DNA of 62,881 nt, filler included, from Bipalium vagum (lineage: Eukaryota): assembly GCA_037834085.1 (NCBI GenBank). It is 3 parts of 3 records of this genome, joined end to end, with 100 filler letters (N's around TTAATTAATTAA, not from the genome) between each part and the next. Parts side by side here need not be neighbours in the genome. Positions count along the whole stretch, not along the records: positions 1 to 17,686 come from JBBMKC010055630.1; 2 more parts are not named here. One strand, 5' to 3'. A program made the position numbers and the translations under genes. Positions within the stretch are counted from its first letter, which is position 1. Each line of letters begins with the position of its first letter. Positions 1 to 12,424 of this stretch are shown here, one piece after another. Below the pieces are notes generated by a model. That model had not been told where the DNA came from. It ran no database searches and saw nothing but the letters and a program-made list of their open reading frames with translations.

Positions 1-540
1 TTGTATCGAGCCCAGGGTTTGCATACAAAGTATTAAATATTAAGTTTTGTAATAAATGTCTTGGTGTTGCGTTTTTTATTTTATTTAAAATATCATTAAT
101 GAAAACTTTAATTGATCCAATTAAATGGTGATTAAATTTAAAATTTGATCGTTAATTAAATTATATGATTATTAGATTTTAATAATCAAAATATCTAGCC
201 ATAAAATTTAAAATTTGTTAGTGTTGAGTTTTTTTCTTAACAGACTGTATATATCTCAAGTAGTACTCAGGAACCATATTTCTGTAATTAAGTGAAATTA
301 TTATAAATTATTTATAATATTATAATATATTTTTTTGACATAAATTTCTGAACAATTTCATTTTCAGTCTTCTGGTATGATAATTTCTAGAACATTTTTA
401 AAATTAAACGTAAGATAAAACTTCAGTAAGGCTTATGTATTATCTTTAGAAGTGTTTAGGTCGAATTCGGCTTTCAGATTTTTCATCTTTTAAAATTCTA
501 TAGGTGAAAACCTACTCATACTTTCCTTTCAATGATCATT

Positions 541-1700
541 AGAGCAACTAGAAAGTTGACCTAAATAATTTAAAAATTGACCTAAATAATTTAAAAATTG
601 ACCTATAAATTTGACCTGAAACTACAAAAAATTAACCTTATTTACTTAAAAATTTCAAAAATTGACCAATAAAATTAAACATTATATTTTAATACAAAAA
701 TTTTCTAATCTAATTTTAGCCAGCCGGTTTATCAAAATATATAATCATGTAATGCCTAATATTTTCTAAGCTAAAATTTCTATCCTTTGTTAACAGTTTT
801 TTTAGCATTGAAAAACTTCTTTCTACCGATATTGTGGTAGGCTGGCATTGCTGGAGTACATTATAAAGATCAGGTGATATTTCATTTCTAATTAGTTTCA
901 TAATTGAACTTATCTCGTTAATATTCAAACTTTTTAAAATGTAATTTTGAATACCACATCGATCTTCTCCGAATGAAGTATATGTTAAGATATTGTATGT
1001 TTCTTTAATTGATTTTTAAAATTCTTTAATAATTAAAACAAGCGGTTTGTAACAGCTTTTACTAATCACAAGATTTTGATTCAAATTAGAATCCCGAATT
1101 GATTCCTTTTCTCTAGTCACTAAAATTTCATGTCCCTCAAAAGTATCTACTATCTTTCTCACTTCTGGTAGATGGTCGGAATAACATGACGATGCTTCTA
1201 ACCATGTTTCCCACCGACTGAAAATTGGAGCAGGAGGTTGACCGATTTCTTTAAAAAGATATTGTCTTTGTCCGTTTTTAACACAAGAAGATTTGACGTG
1301 TGATATTAAAATATCAACATTGTTAAAATAGCTGCGCAAGTTCATTACAAAATTGTGAAATAAATGTGCTATGCATGTGACATAAAAAAGTCTCGGATAT
1401 ATGATACGCAAAATTCGAGCAGCTTACTTCATGTATGATGCAGCATCTGTAAGTAATAGGCAAAAGTTTTCACTACTGCATCCGAGAAACGGAATAATTT
1501 CATTTATAATGCAAATGATAGCTGAAGAATCAGCAACTGAATCGTTAGACTTACATTTACATAAATATGTTAAGCTTGGATTTTCTAAGGTACCAACAAG
1601 TACACTGATAATCTTTTGCCCGTAAACTCCAGTCTCATCAAAAACTAAAAATATACATTTTTTTCAATATATATTTTTATTAGAAGTATTTCCACTTCCT
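541..1700 (-). mobile_element. Degenerate hAT-superfamily transposon (DUF659/CGGBP1-like type)
   Basis: Minus-strand ORF pieces 1016-1411 (TCIAHLFHN; PPAPIFSRWETWLEASSCYSDHL) and 716-928 (QPTTISVERSFSMLKKLL-DRNF, hAT C-terminal dimerisation motif S-VERSFS), frameshifted. Subterminal TTGACC repeats at 556-667. Boundaries approximate. Confidence 0.8.
556..667. repeat. Subterminal repeat array of the hAT element
   Basis: 21-bp unit TTGACCTAAATAATTTAAAAA twice (556-576, 577-597), plus TTGACC/TTAACC at 598, 611, 631 and 662. Confidence 0.8.
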
Positions 1701-2329
1701 TTAGGAATAATATGACCTTGAGATTTTGAAAGTATTTTTTCGAAAAATTTTTTGAGGTAGATAATTCCTATTTAGTTGATCTTAATCTTATTTCGAAGAA
1801 ATTTACTTTAAACCTGTCTGACTATTTTATATTTCCATTTGACAAGAATTATTTTTCTTTATCTTTTAAAAAGCAATATATATTATCTTTTTAAAAATAA
1901 ATATTCTTTATTTAGTTTTCATTTCAACATTTAGGCAACATTATTATTTCTTTTTTGAGGAATTCAACAATATACATATATTTAAATTTTCTAAAAAGAT
2001 ATTTTTTCTAGAACTAAAATAAATAAAAATATTTTATCAAAATTATCATGGGCCGATTTTTTCTACCTTGTTTTATTGTTATTCTACACAGTTGGTATAA
2101 GAAAAAAGTAAATTTCCTGACAAAAAGATCTTGTTAAAGAATGGTATCTTATTAAAAATCACATAATAGTTTTCAATCTGGTTAACCGTCTATTAAACAG
2201 TGGTAGCTTATAACAATAAAAAATTATTAATATAACAGTAAGTATTATATAATTATTACACAATGCACTAAATTTTAGAGAATTTGGCTTTTTAAAATTT
2301 TTTATTCATCAAAATATATCTCATAATAA

Positions 2330-2880
2330 ATCTTCAGTGCATCATAAAAGTTAATTGAATTTTTATTAAACCCGTTTTTTATTACAGACCGTTGGACATC
2401 ATTACACGATTGTGATATTCATTGAAATTTTCTTCATAGGAAACTCGTTTTAAGTTAACATTTTTTTTATATTGTGTATAACCATTTATCATCCACTTTT
2501 CCCATTTGCAATAAAGGTTACTTTTAAATGATTTATTAACAATTATATCTAACACCTTCAACATTTTTGTTAATCCATCGGGTATCATTAAAATAAAAGT
2601 TCAAAGAGCCTTGAAAATTGATTTTACTTCATCTGTACGATGACCAGGTACAGAGTCCATCATTAGGAATGTTTTTATCATTGAAAAACTATATATATTA
2701 TATGTCATCCATATTTTCTGCAATCATATGTGATTTTTTTATGCGGAGATAATTATATTTGAAGGAAAAAACCTTACTGGGACTGTTTTACGTAGAAATA
2801 TGATGTAAGCAGGCAGTTTCCCATCATCGGGTGTAACGGAAAGAACTACTGTAATTCGACATCTTTCAGCGCCAACAGTT
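2330..2880 (-). mobile_element. pogo-family (DDE_1) transposase remnant
   Basis: Minus strand reads VLSVTPDDGKLPAYIIFLRK, FLMMDSVPGHRTDEVK and IPDGLTKMLKVLDIIVNKSFK (pogo IPGGLT-LQPLD-VNKPFK motif), with frameshifts. Confidence 0.8.
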
Positions 2881-2899
2881 GTTCTATGGATATCAGACG

Positions 2900-3344
2900 A
2901 ACCTTTTTGATCAATTGTAAATTTTTCTTTTCTGTAAGCTCTAAAAAACAGAGCAACATTTTAACTGGAAGACTCACTAATGCAAATATGAAACGGAAAA
3001 CAACGTGATCGGGAAAAGATGCCCAAGTTGAACCAGCGTTAAAAACTTGGTTCAGCAATGTTTGTGAAAAATATTATTCGATTAATGGGCATATTATGCG
3101 ATAAAAAGCACATAAAGTAGCAAAAAATATGGGTATAAAATATTTTAATGCAGCTGATAGACAAACTATTTTTTTATAAAATGCAACTTTAGGAAAAGGC
3201 ATAAATTTTAAAAAAGACGTTGTTTGTTATGTTGATTTAATACATTTAAAAAAAGTAGATATATATCTTAATTTTTTATATCCTTCGGTTAATGTTGTCA
3301 AACGTAGTAGTTCTTATTGCGATCACATTAAGCAGAGTCTACTT
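2900..3344 (+). mobile_element. Tigger/pogo remnant (CENP-B-type HTH) with right terminal inverted repeat
   Basis: Reads GKDAQVEPALKTWFSNV-INGHIMR*KAHKVAKNMG-FNAA (Tigger HTH). End sequence GATCACATTAAGCAGAGTCTACT (3321-3343) resembles a CAGTAGACTC-type TIR followed by TA. Confidence 0.7.
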
Positions 3345-3499
3345 TATTTAAAACGACTTCGGAATATTAAGGTAATTGTGAGATATTTAAAATTTATTAA
3401 ATTAAAGTCTAATGATTTTCAATAATTATAATATAATTCATAATATCAATATTAATTAATGATTAATGCAATAGTGTGTTTAATGTTGAAATAAAAATA

Positions 3500-4405
3500 A
3501 TGGCAGGTAGCACTCATAGATGGCGACCTGACATTAGAATTAAGTCAGGATATTGTACGACGAAAAAAAGGACAAATATAACATCTTCTAACGAAAAATC
3601 TAATTGTTTAATAGATTTAAGATTTGAAAAATCTTTGTATTTCTCTGGAGTTAATATTCCCATTGGTTCCATATACAAAGTTCATAATGTAAATCTGTCT
3701 GAATTGAATCGTTGTGACCTTGCAAAGAAAATTTCGGAGAGTTCTGTCTCTGGTAGTCTAGATTATCAGTTAACGAAAAAGCTGTACGCTTCAGAATACG
3801 TTGAAGCGAAAAATGTTATTACTCTTACAAGATTGAAAGATTCAGTTGTAAGAGGATATATTATTTCGGACAATAAAGGATTAACAGAAGAAGCAATGAC
3901 AGCACTAGAGACTATTAAAATGAAACTTAATACAGATGTTTTTAAAAGTTTTAGATTACTTATAAGTTCCAAGTTGTATGATGTTCCCTCGGAAATTCTA
4001 CGTAACACAATACATATTTACAATCCATTTTTTGAAAAACCATCTTATGAATTTAAGCATGAAGATATGGACGATGGATTTTCAGAAACTGATGAAACTA
4101 GAAGCACAATTACAACTATGGACGAAGACGCCGAAGAGAAGTTGAGAAATAAAATTGCAATTAATAAATACAGAGATTCAAGAATAATTTTAGCAAATAG
4201 ACCCAAAAGTTCACTAAACATAGATCCAGTGGAAAAATGCTTTTTAGCTTTAACGAAGATGTTTGAAGATCACGTATTCTCCACAATAAAATGTTTAAGC
4301 GAGTTGGATGTGGAAATCACAGAAATCTCAAAGTTGTCGACCCAAGAGTCTTCCAATGACAAAATTTCAACTGATTCCGTTGAAATCAACTTTCAAATAA
4401 AATAA
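3500..4405 (+). CDS. Intact uncharacterised 301-aa protein (single coding exon); possible degenerate small-GTPase fold
   Basis: 906-nt ORF from first ATG (3500) to TAA, uninterrupted in sequence where flanking transposon ORFs are all broken. Candidate 5'-UTR intron 3372-3474 (AAG|GTAATT...CAATAG|). No transposase or RT motif recognised. Confidence 0.65.
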   Translation: MAGSTHRWRPDIRIKSGYCTTKKRTNITSSNEKSNCLIDLRFEKSLYFSGVNIPIGSIYKVHNVNLSELNRCDLAKKISESSVSGSLDYQLTKKLYASEYVEAKNVITLTRLKDSVVRGYIISDNKGLTEEAMTALETIKMKLNTDVFKSFRLLISSKLYDVPSEILRNTIHIYNPFFEKPSYEFKHEDMDDGFSETDETRSTITTMDEDAEEKLRNKIAINKYRDSRIILANRPKSSLNIDPVEKCFLALTKMFEDHVFSTIKCLSELDVEITEISKLSTQESSNDKISTDSVEINFQIK

Positions 4406-4859
4406 AATGGAGTCCATCGTCAGAGCTTCATATCGGAATTGATTTTTCGAAACTTATTTATTATTATTATATCTTTTTTATTTAAAAATAATTTTCCCGA
4501 TCATTTTGTTATATTTTAACAATTTATATTGATATTGAAAATATTAAAATATTTTCCTCACTTTTTGAAATATTTATTTGTTTCAACCGAATGAACTTAA
4601 GATTGTTTATAATTGAAAATTTTGAACACTTGCGTAACACATTTTTTCTTGTAATGTAACCATTCTATCTAATTTTCTACGAGAAATTACTTTTAAGTTA
4701 GCCTATATTTTTTTATTAAAAGGAGTTTTTGTCTTCCATCAGAAAGTGCAGTTTAAAAAATCATATCTTAAATAATGTAATATTTTAATAATAAAACAAA
4801 AGTTTAAATTCAAAAAATATTTGAAAGTTAAGTAAAATTAATTAATCTTTTAATTAATG

Positions 4860-5500
4860 TCAATCTATTAAATCAGTGTTGCATTTCATTCTTCACACTT
4901 CTTCACCAATTCTGAATTCTCGATGACCTCTCTTGTCCTTCTCAAAAACACTTTATCTTTTTGTTAGCTGCCAAATCTAAATTCCTGTTTCTAAATCACC
5001 GTTTGTAACACTAACTAAATATTCGAGAAGCAATAATATTATTAATTCAATAAATTCAACCAATAAACTTAACAAATAAAGAATTGTAAATCTCATGGGA
5101 TGATTTTTTTATGTTCAGATTTTTCAAAAATAAAATTATGGATATGAAATCTCTTGGTGTTAATAAAGATCATTAATAAACTGATCAAACTCTTTAATAT
5201 CCCAAAAGACTTACAATTTACGATGAGAAATTCCGAGACATCATTTTCGAAAATCATTCCTTTGACTTTGAGAGTCAAGAAAGTAGAGTCTCAATGGCGT
5301 CTCATCTGTAGTTTAAAAATGTGGTCCAACTAAATCTAGAAACCAAAAATCCTTTCACAGGCCATCATATTACCTGTTAAAAATCTTGGCTCGAACATGC
5401 TATATAACTTTTGGATTCACTTTTGCTCTAGAAGCAGCTGGGCGATTCTTTTGCATATATTTAGCCTCTCAGATAGCTGGGTGTGATTAATTTTTCGTTC
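4860..5500 (-). mobile_element. Highly decayed Tc1/mariner-superfamily (rosa/maT-type) remnant
   Basis: Minus strand retains a GPHF motif and a degenerate FWGxxKS segment typical of this family; many stops and frameshifts. Confidence 0.4.
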
Positions 5501-5542
5501 ATTTGTCAAAATATATTTATTGTACTCGGAGATGAAAATTTA

Positions 5543-5550
<8 letters not shown>

Positions 5551-5592
<42 letters not shown>
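5551..5592. repeat. (AAT)n microsatellite
   Basis: Pure TAA/AAT run preceded by (TA)n. Confidence 0.95.
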
Positions 5593-5594
<2 letters not shown>

Positions 5595-6028
5595 CTTTCT
5601 GAACAATATTATTAATACATTTATACTTTGTTTATATGGGACAACTTTTTATTAATAAATTTTTTAATTTTAATAAACCACATCAAATAAATTTCATTAT
5701 TTATTTCTAATAAAATTGAGGACTTAATAAAAAAAATAATCTAAAATATTATAACATTAATTTATCACACATGTCAATTTAGATTTTGTATTTTAAGATA
5801 ATCTTTACTATTGTGAACCAAACTAATTTATCAGCTTTTATGAAAAAAATAGATTAAAGTGATTTATCTTTCGAAAATAATTGTTTTTTAAGAAATATTT
5901 TGATAATTCTAATTAAACATATCGATTTTTATTATTTGGAATTCAAGACCATGTCACAATTTTAAGGGGACTTTTTAAAATAAGAAAGCCCACATGATTT
6001 AATTAATATTAAAATTTAATTTAAAGTA

Positions 6029-7502
6029 ATGTACCACAAGAGTTATGTGCCCATGTCCAGTGAAATGTTCTCTCGAAATTTAAAATTCAAGAGTTTTTTA
6101 CAATTCAGGTTGACGAGAGCACACACATCAGTGACAAAGCGCAGCTGCTTGTGTTTGTTTCCTTTATTGACAAGGAAGCTATCATGGAAAAACTTTCTTT
6201 GCTGCAAGGAATTGCCGAAAACAACAAAAGGGCAAGATATTTATGATTTTTTGAACTCCTATTTGCAATCTTACGAGTTGACCTGGAAAAACTGTATAGG
6301 CATTTGTACGGACAATGCACCGGCCATGACAGGAAATGTCAAAGGCTGTCTCGCTGGCGCAACGACAAAATCCAAATATTATAGTCACTTATTGTTTCCT
6401 TCATAGAGAAGCATATTTTGCTAAAACAATTGGACCCGACCTGAAGTATATATTGGACATGGTGGTTAAAATAGCTAATTACATGAAGACGAGACCATTG
6501 AAATTTAGTCAGTTTGACAAATTATGCAAAACTATGGAAGCTGATCAATTCACTCTCATTCAGCACACCTAAGTAAAATGCTTGTCTCGGGGGAAAGTTT
6601 TGTGTCGTTTCTACGAACTAAGAGAAGAGATGCGCATGATGGACTTTACAGAAGCTCTGAGTGATGACTCATGGTAATTCAGGTTAGTATATCTGGTTGA
6701 AATCTTTTACGAATTGAACTTATTGAACAGTAGCATGCAAAGGAAGAACGAAAATATATTAACGTCAGCAGACAAAATAAGTACTTTTCAGAAGAAATGA
6801 ACAATATAGAAGAAATGTGTAGCTATAGAGAATACGGAAATGTTTCCCAGTGACATTGGTAGAAACTATGATGACATTCTTCCATTGATTCTGAATCACT
6901 AGGATACAATATTGGCAGTTCTCAAAAAATATTCTCCGTCGATATCATTAAACTGGTACGACTGGGTTCAAAGCCCACCATCCGAAGAACAGTTTACCTT
7001 GTCAGAAGACGAACAGATCGCTAGTCTTGCAAGTGACAGAACATTGAGACTAAAGCACTCAGAGTTAAACCTGAATGCATTCTGGATGCTGGTTGAAAAG
7101 GAGTATCCATCAACTGCTCAGAAAGATCTGCGACTGTTGGTGCAATCTTTAACTTCTTACTTATGTGAGTTCGGATTTTCGTGCTTGACCACAAGAAAAA
7201 TAAGAAGTGAGGACGATTATTGTCAGTCGAAGAGGAACTTCGGGTGTGTCTGTCTCAAACCCGGTTTAGAATTCAACTTATCTGTAGAAATCATCAAACA
7301 AAAATTTCACACTAAATTGTTAACTACTGCTATATAATTGGAAGTATAATGACTGCGTCATTTTAAGTTCCTTGATATTTGTGGATCTTTATGCAACTTT
7401 TAGTAAAATGTTGTTAGCGACACATATAATTGCAAAGAGCACCGCGAGCAAGGTAGCCATTTCTACACAGCTCCGCTTTACCGAAAAGGTTGAAAAACTT
7501 TG
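6029..7502 (+). mobile_element. hAT Buster/ZBED5-like transposon remnant, 5'-truncated
   Basis: Motifs QVDESTHISDKAQLLVFV, ELPKTTKGQDIY, CIGICTDNAPAMTG, YCFLHREA, LSRGKVLCRFYELREE and TSYLCEFGFS across frameshifts. Right end AAAAGGTTGAAAAACTTTG (to 7502) resembles the Buster-type CAGTGTTTTTCAACCT TIR. Confidence 0.9.
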
Positions 7503-8519
7503 ATCTATTGATTTTGATTGTTTAAACATACATGTTTTACGTCATTTCAAAAATAAAAAATGTAAACATCGAATGGTAATTAAATATTTGTATAAAAAGG
7601 TTTATCTGGTAAAAACTTTTGATAAGATGCTGGATGCTCTATGAGATTATGCACTATTATTGGGAGTTAGATTTAATTAAAGGTAACTGTGCCTATTGTG
7701 AGTAGATCAAATATCGCGATTTTACAATTTGTATTTGATGATAAATAATTAACAGAATCGAACAATCTAAACTTCTGTTTCCAAGTTCATTATAAAAAGA
7801 ATACTTATTTACTGATGAAAAATCTGAAGAGGTCCGAAAAGTTATCAATCTTTCATCTGAATGTGTTGAGATCTGATAATAACAAAAGGAGAGAACTATT
7901 TTAAGTTCATTGATCCACAGGTGGATGAAAGTCGATAAGTATTTATTTACTATTATTATTGCCATTATTATCCTGAGAATCTTCTCGTGTTATGGATATG
8001 AATTTAATTAATTATTTACTTTACAAAACCTCTGATAAATTCTGTGAACAGTTTATGATGGTATCATCTTTTAATCTCAAAAATTAATTTACCTAACTTT
8101 AAGTACATTAATTTCACACCTATTGGTTGACTGGATTCTGCACATTTGCCTTTCTGTGTAATCGTAGAATTAAAATCTGAATTAACTGTGGTTTGTTGAT
8201 CATTGTTCTCCAGAAAATCTGCTGAGTAAAGAAAATTACTACTTTAGGCGTCCAATTTTATTTTATATTTTTAGTGTAAATTTCGATTTTAGAATCGATT
8301 AACTCTTCTCATTTCATAGGGTTAAAGTCATGACAAAATAATAGTAAAAAAATGTTACTAGCATATTTTCATATAAAGTCTATTTTCTAAAATCGTTTAC
8401 TGATAACGGGTGATAACTACAAATCTGGATTAATTTAATCTTTAACGAATAAGTACTAGACAGAAATTTTTTAAGTAAAATTAAATTTCACATAAAACTT
8501 TAATAACAATATATATTCA

Positions 8520-8823
8520 TTAATGTACAACGAAGGATGGACCATGGTCGGCTACATGTCTCAACTTTGTCCTTAGACATCTGCAAGCCTCTTGTACGTT
8601 CTTAGTGTCTATTTTTTTCAATCAAAGGCATATTTCTTTTTGCTTTCCAGTTAATTTAATATACAAGAGATTTTAGAATGCCAGAGAAATCTTCGATTGG
8701 ACAAAATCTGTTAATTCCAGGCACTCGAGAGTTGCTCAATAGAAAAATAACATTCATCATCCATTTGTTGATTTCAGAAAAACTTATAACACACTCTCAA
8801 AACATATGCTGTTTTGACGCCAT
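8520..8823 (-). mobile_element. Internally deleted ITm (DD37E-like) transposase remnant
   Basis: Starts MASKQ at 8823, contains MDDECYF (first catalytic motif region) and ends CLRTKLRHVADHGP; most of the middle is missing. Confidence 0.5.
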
Positions 8824-11049
8824 TTTTTGTTGTAAAATAGTTTATTAAAATAAATAATAATAATTATTATTATTATTATCTTACTCACAAGATATTATTA
8901 CTTCTATTTTTAAGAGTTAAAGTTATATAAAATTCTCGAATTTGGGAGCTTTTTAACATGAAGAAATAAAAACCATAATGAGAACACAACAAAAACAAAA
9001 AATGATTATTATACAATTTTTCTAAGAGATACACATGTACCAATATTTCAATGTTTATGTTAAAAGGTCACAAATCGAAGGGATAGAACGGATCACGAAA
9101 TAATTGATTTCCTTTGTCCAGTGATAAATTCATTGTTTCTACTTTTGAATTTTGTTGGCTTCTTTTGAACCTGTATTTTTGTACGGACATTTTATCTAAT
9201 GTTGAAAGTCTTCATACCACCACATTCCATTATAAGAAATTGGGTAGTTCAAAAGAAGTGACAAAGGCATTACAGATGAAACACATACTAGTTGTTCAAA
9301 AACTGAAGAAAATTTCGATTATATCCATGATAATATAATAGATAACAATCGATTGAGCTTATGTACATTTTCTTTAGCTATGCACATTTCGCGTGAGAGA
9401 TGTTTTATATCTTGAAAAAGGAATAGCAGATTTCTGTTTATCCTGAATGTATCCGTAAAAATGTATCTGTTTTATTTATTTTCTAAAAATCTTTATCATT
9501 CCAACGATCAATTTTTATTTTCAAAGTTAGGCTCATATTGATTTCAACATGTTTGTAATTTGTTAAAATATTTCACAAAAATGTTGAAAATTACACAAGT
9601 AATTCATTCAATATATATGATAATCTAAATGCAAGAAAAACGGAAGGTCATCTCAAAACTTGAATTAGTGAGTATTCCAAACAAAGCAGAAAAGAAAAAG
9701 TATTTAATAACTTTGTGGATTGTAAAGAAAGAAAAAATGAAATATAAAAATAAAAATTAAGCTTTTGTAGTTAAAATTAATTTCGGTAATGAAAAAAATT
9801 GTGAAAAAATAAAATAAAATTGTGTAAAATTAATATTAAAATAATAAAATCTGAGATAATTGATTAAAGGCAAAAGCAAAAATCAATGGATGATTAATTT
9901 TTAAAAATATATATATTCATCCTTATATTTACTTTATATTCAAGTCATTTTGTTAATTAACTATTTTTAATTGTGATATATTCTCCCTCATAAATTATTT
10001 AATATTTAATAAATAATTTTATTAATAAAAACCGTTTTAGTATTGTCAAAATTTTTAATTAAATAAACTAATTGTTGATTTTTCTGGAATTGCTTGTAAC
10101 AAGAAATTTATTTATATAAAATTTCTGAAAAGCTGAAGGACCCTTACGGAGTTACATACATCATTCTGAAATTCTAATTATTTTCATTTTCCTCCTGTCA
10201 AATTCAATAAATTAAACGTTAAGTAAATATTTGATGAAAACATGTCTTTCGGAATTAAGTTTTCTTTCATTTTGAAATTTTATTCTATTAGAAATAAAAA
10301 TTATAATTATTCTATTAGAAAAATAAAATAAGTTTATTCGTTTAAATTAAATTTAATACACTTAATTAAATTAATTTAAAAAAATTTAGAGTGCAAATAA
10401 TAATAATAAATTTTTTATTAAATATTTTTACTACTCTTAATTATCAGCAATTTGCCAATAAAATTCTTATTTTTATTGCAATATAAAATAGTATGATTTA
10501 ATCTTTCGAGACAAAAAAATAAAAATCAATCGATACAAATTTTTGTACCGATTTATTGATATTTTATTACTTGTTTATTAAAAAATTATTTTTTATCACT
10601 TTAAGAAGACTTAATTTTGTAAAATGCGTAACAATTTATAAAAAGGACTAAAAATTAAGGATAAATTAAAACAAACAAAAATTGATTTTAATTCATTAAA
10701 TTTTTATCAATTTCTGATATTTCAAAGAACTTCATTTTCGAGGTTAGGATTTTTAAAATAAATTTTGTATAATAAAATTTATTCTGAATTTTTAAGATAA
10801 AAAAAATTGTATTCTGAACTCATTTCTTTTTAATAAATGGCACTCTCCAGAAACCATGATACATCTCTATTAAGACAATTAGAATCAAGCAATTTATATT
10901 TTCTAAGATGAACAGAAACATTTTCAGACCATTTCGACACTTCATTTAGTATTTTGAAATTTTATCTAATACAAGGTTGAAGAGATAATAATCACGTTTT
11001 TAAAATTTTTAACCAATCAATACGAATATATTATTAAAATTCTCAGTAG

Positions 11050-11600
11050 ATTTTAAATTGTAGATTTTAAATTGCGATTCATGACAAGCAAATTTTATGT
11101 TAACGGGAAATAAGTTTATTTATTCCAATGAAGTAGAAGTTTGGTCTTCTGGAAGTGATAAATTCACGGAAGGCATTCTGAATATATTTTCTATGTCAGG
11201 AAGTGGGAAAGATGATAGAAAAGATCCGGTGAGTATGCCAGGTGATGACGCAATTCCTTTTTCATGGTATGATAAAGAAATGTGTTGTTAAGGAAGAAAA
11301 GCATATTTTATAGCGTACATTTTTTGAAAATCTTTCAATTCTTGAAGCACCCATTTATCGAAGCTCAATGTTGTACCTTAATCTGCCTCGACTAAGTCAT
11401 CATTCTCAACTGTTAATGGACGTCCACGACCTAGATCACTTTTAAGGCTCTTATTTCAACTCTTAAATGTTTTGACCAGTTTTTCACGGTGCGCACGTTA
11501 GGTGTACCTGTATCGAATACTCATTGATTTTACGACCGGTCTTCACAGCATTATGATTAATTAAGATGGTTTGTATAAAAGTATAATAATAAAATTTTAC
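11050..11600 (-). mobile_element. Internally deleted mariner remnant
   Basis: N-terminal SLKSDLGRGRPLTVENDDL and C-terminal HLAYSPDL...EFITSRRPNFYFIGINKLISR on the minus strand. Confidence 0.75.
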
Positions 11601-12424
11601 TTAACGCTCTTAAAACTTGGGCCTTGTGTCAAAATTAAACTGACTATTCACTAATGTTATCTGTTAAATTACCATCTCTTTGTTCTGAGTTATTCAATAC
11701 AAAACCATAGTAAGTTTTATTAATCAATAACAGTTGTTCACATACATAAGCCAGCTGAAAAGTGGAAAAAAATCGATTTTTATTAAATCATTCGACGTTA
11801 ATTACTGTGGTAGTAGTTAATAGATAGATATTCGAATGGCAATAATAATTGAACCATAAAGCACCAAGTTAATAATAGACAAATATTTTGTTCAAAAACA
11901 GTTTAGGTAAGTCAATACACGTTATGATAATATTCTAAACAAAAATATTAAAAAAAAAAGAACTTTAATTATTATTCAAAGGAGAATTGTTTTCTATTAC
12001 TAAATGTAATAGAAAACCTATTACTGAGGAGAGAAAAGCAATACTTCTCTGGATTGTCATCTATGTACCGTGGAGTTTATTAGGGACGATTGAGCACACA
12101 AAAAATCATTTTGAATTCTCTTGCATCATTTGAAGCAAACTAAAAATATTGATTCCTCCAATACTCAAATTTTCAGACAATATTTTCGGTTATCTTAATA
12201 TCTCTTATTATAGCCAACTTCTCTATTTTTATATTACATGTTTACGACTAACAGAGCGCTCAGATTGTAGGCAAAACAGAACCGTTGAGAATATTTTCAT
12301 GTCTTTAATAAATCCTCTTGTCATTACTCAAATAATCTGTCACTTAATTCGGACTAGATCAAATATTAATATTAATTATTATTATTTTTTATTATTATTA
12401 TAATTATAATAATAATTATTATTA

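Noticed and set aside
556-620. CRISPR-like array
   Set aside because: Adjacent tandem units without unique spacers, at a eukaryotic hAT end; no cas genes.
7824-7839. CTGAAGA-GGTCC-GAAA minimal hammerhead-like core
   Set aside because: No stem I or stem III pairing with a UH cleavage site can be built from the flanks.
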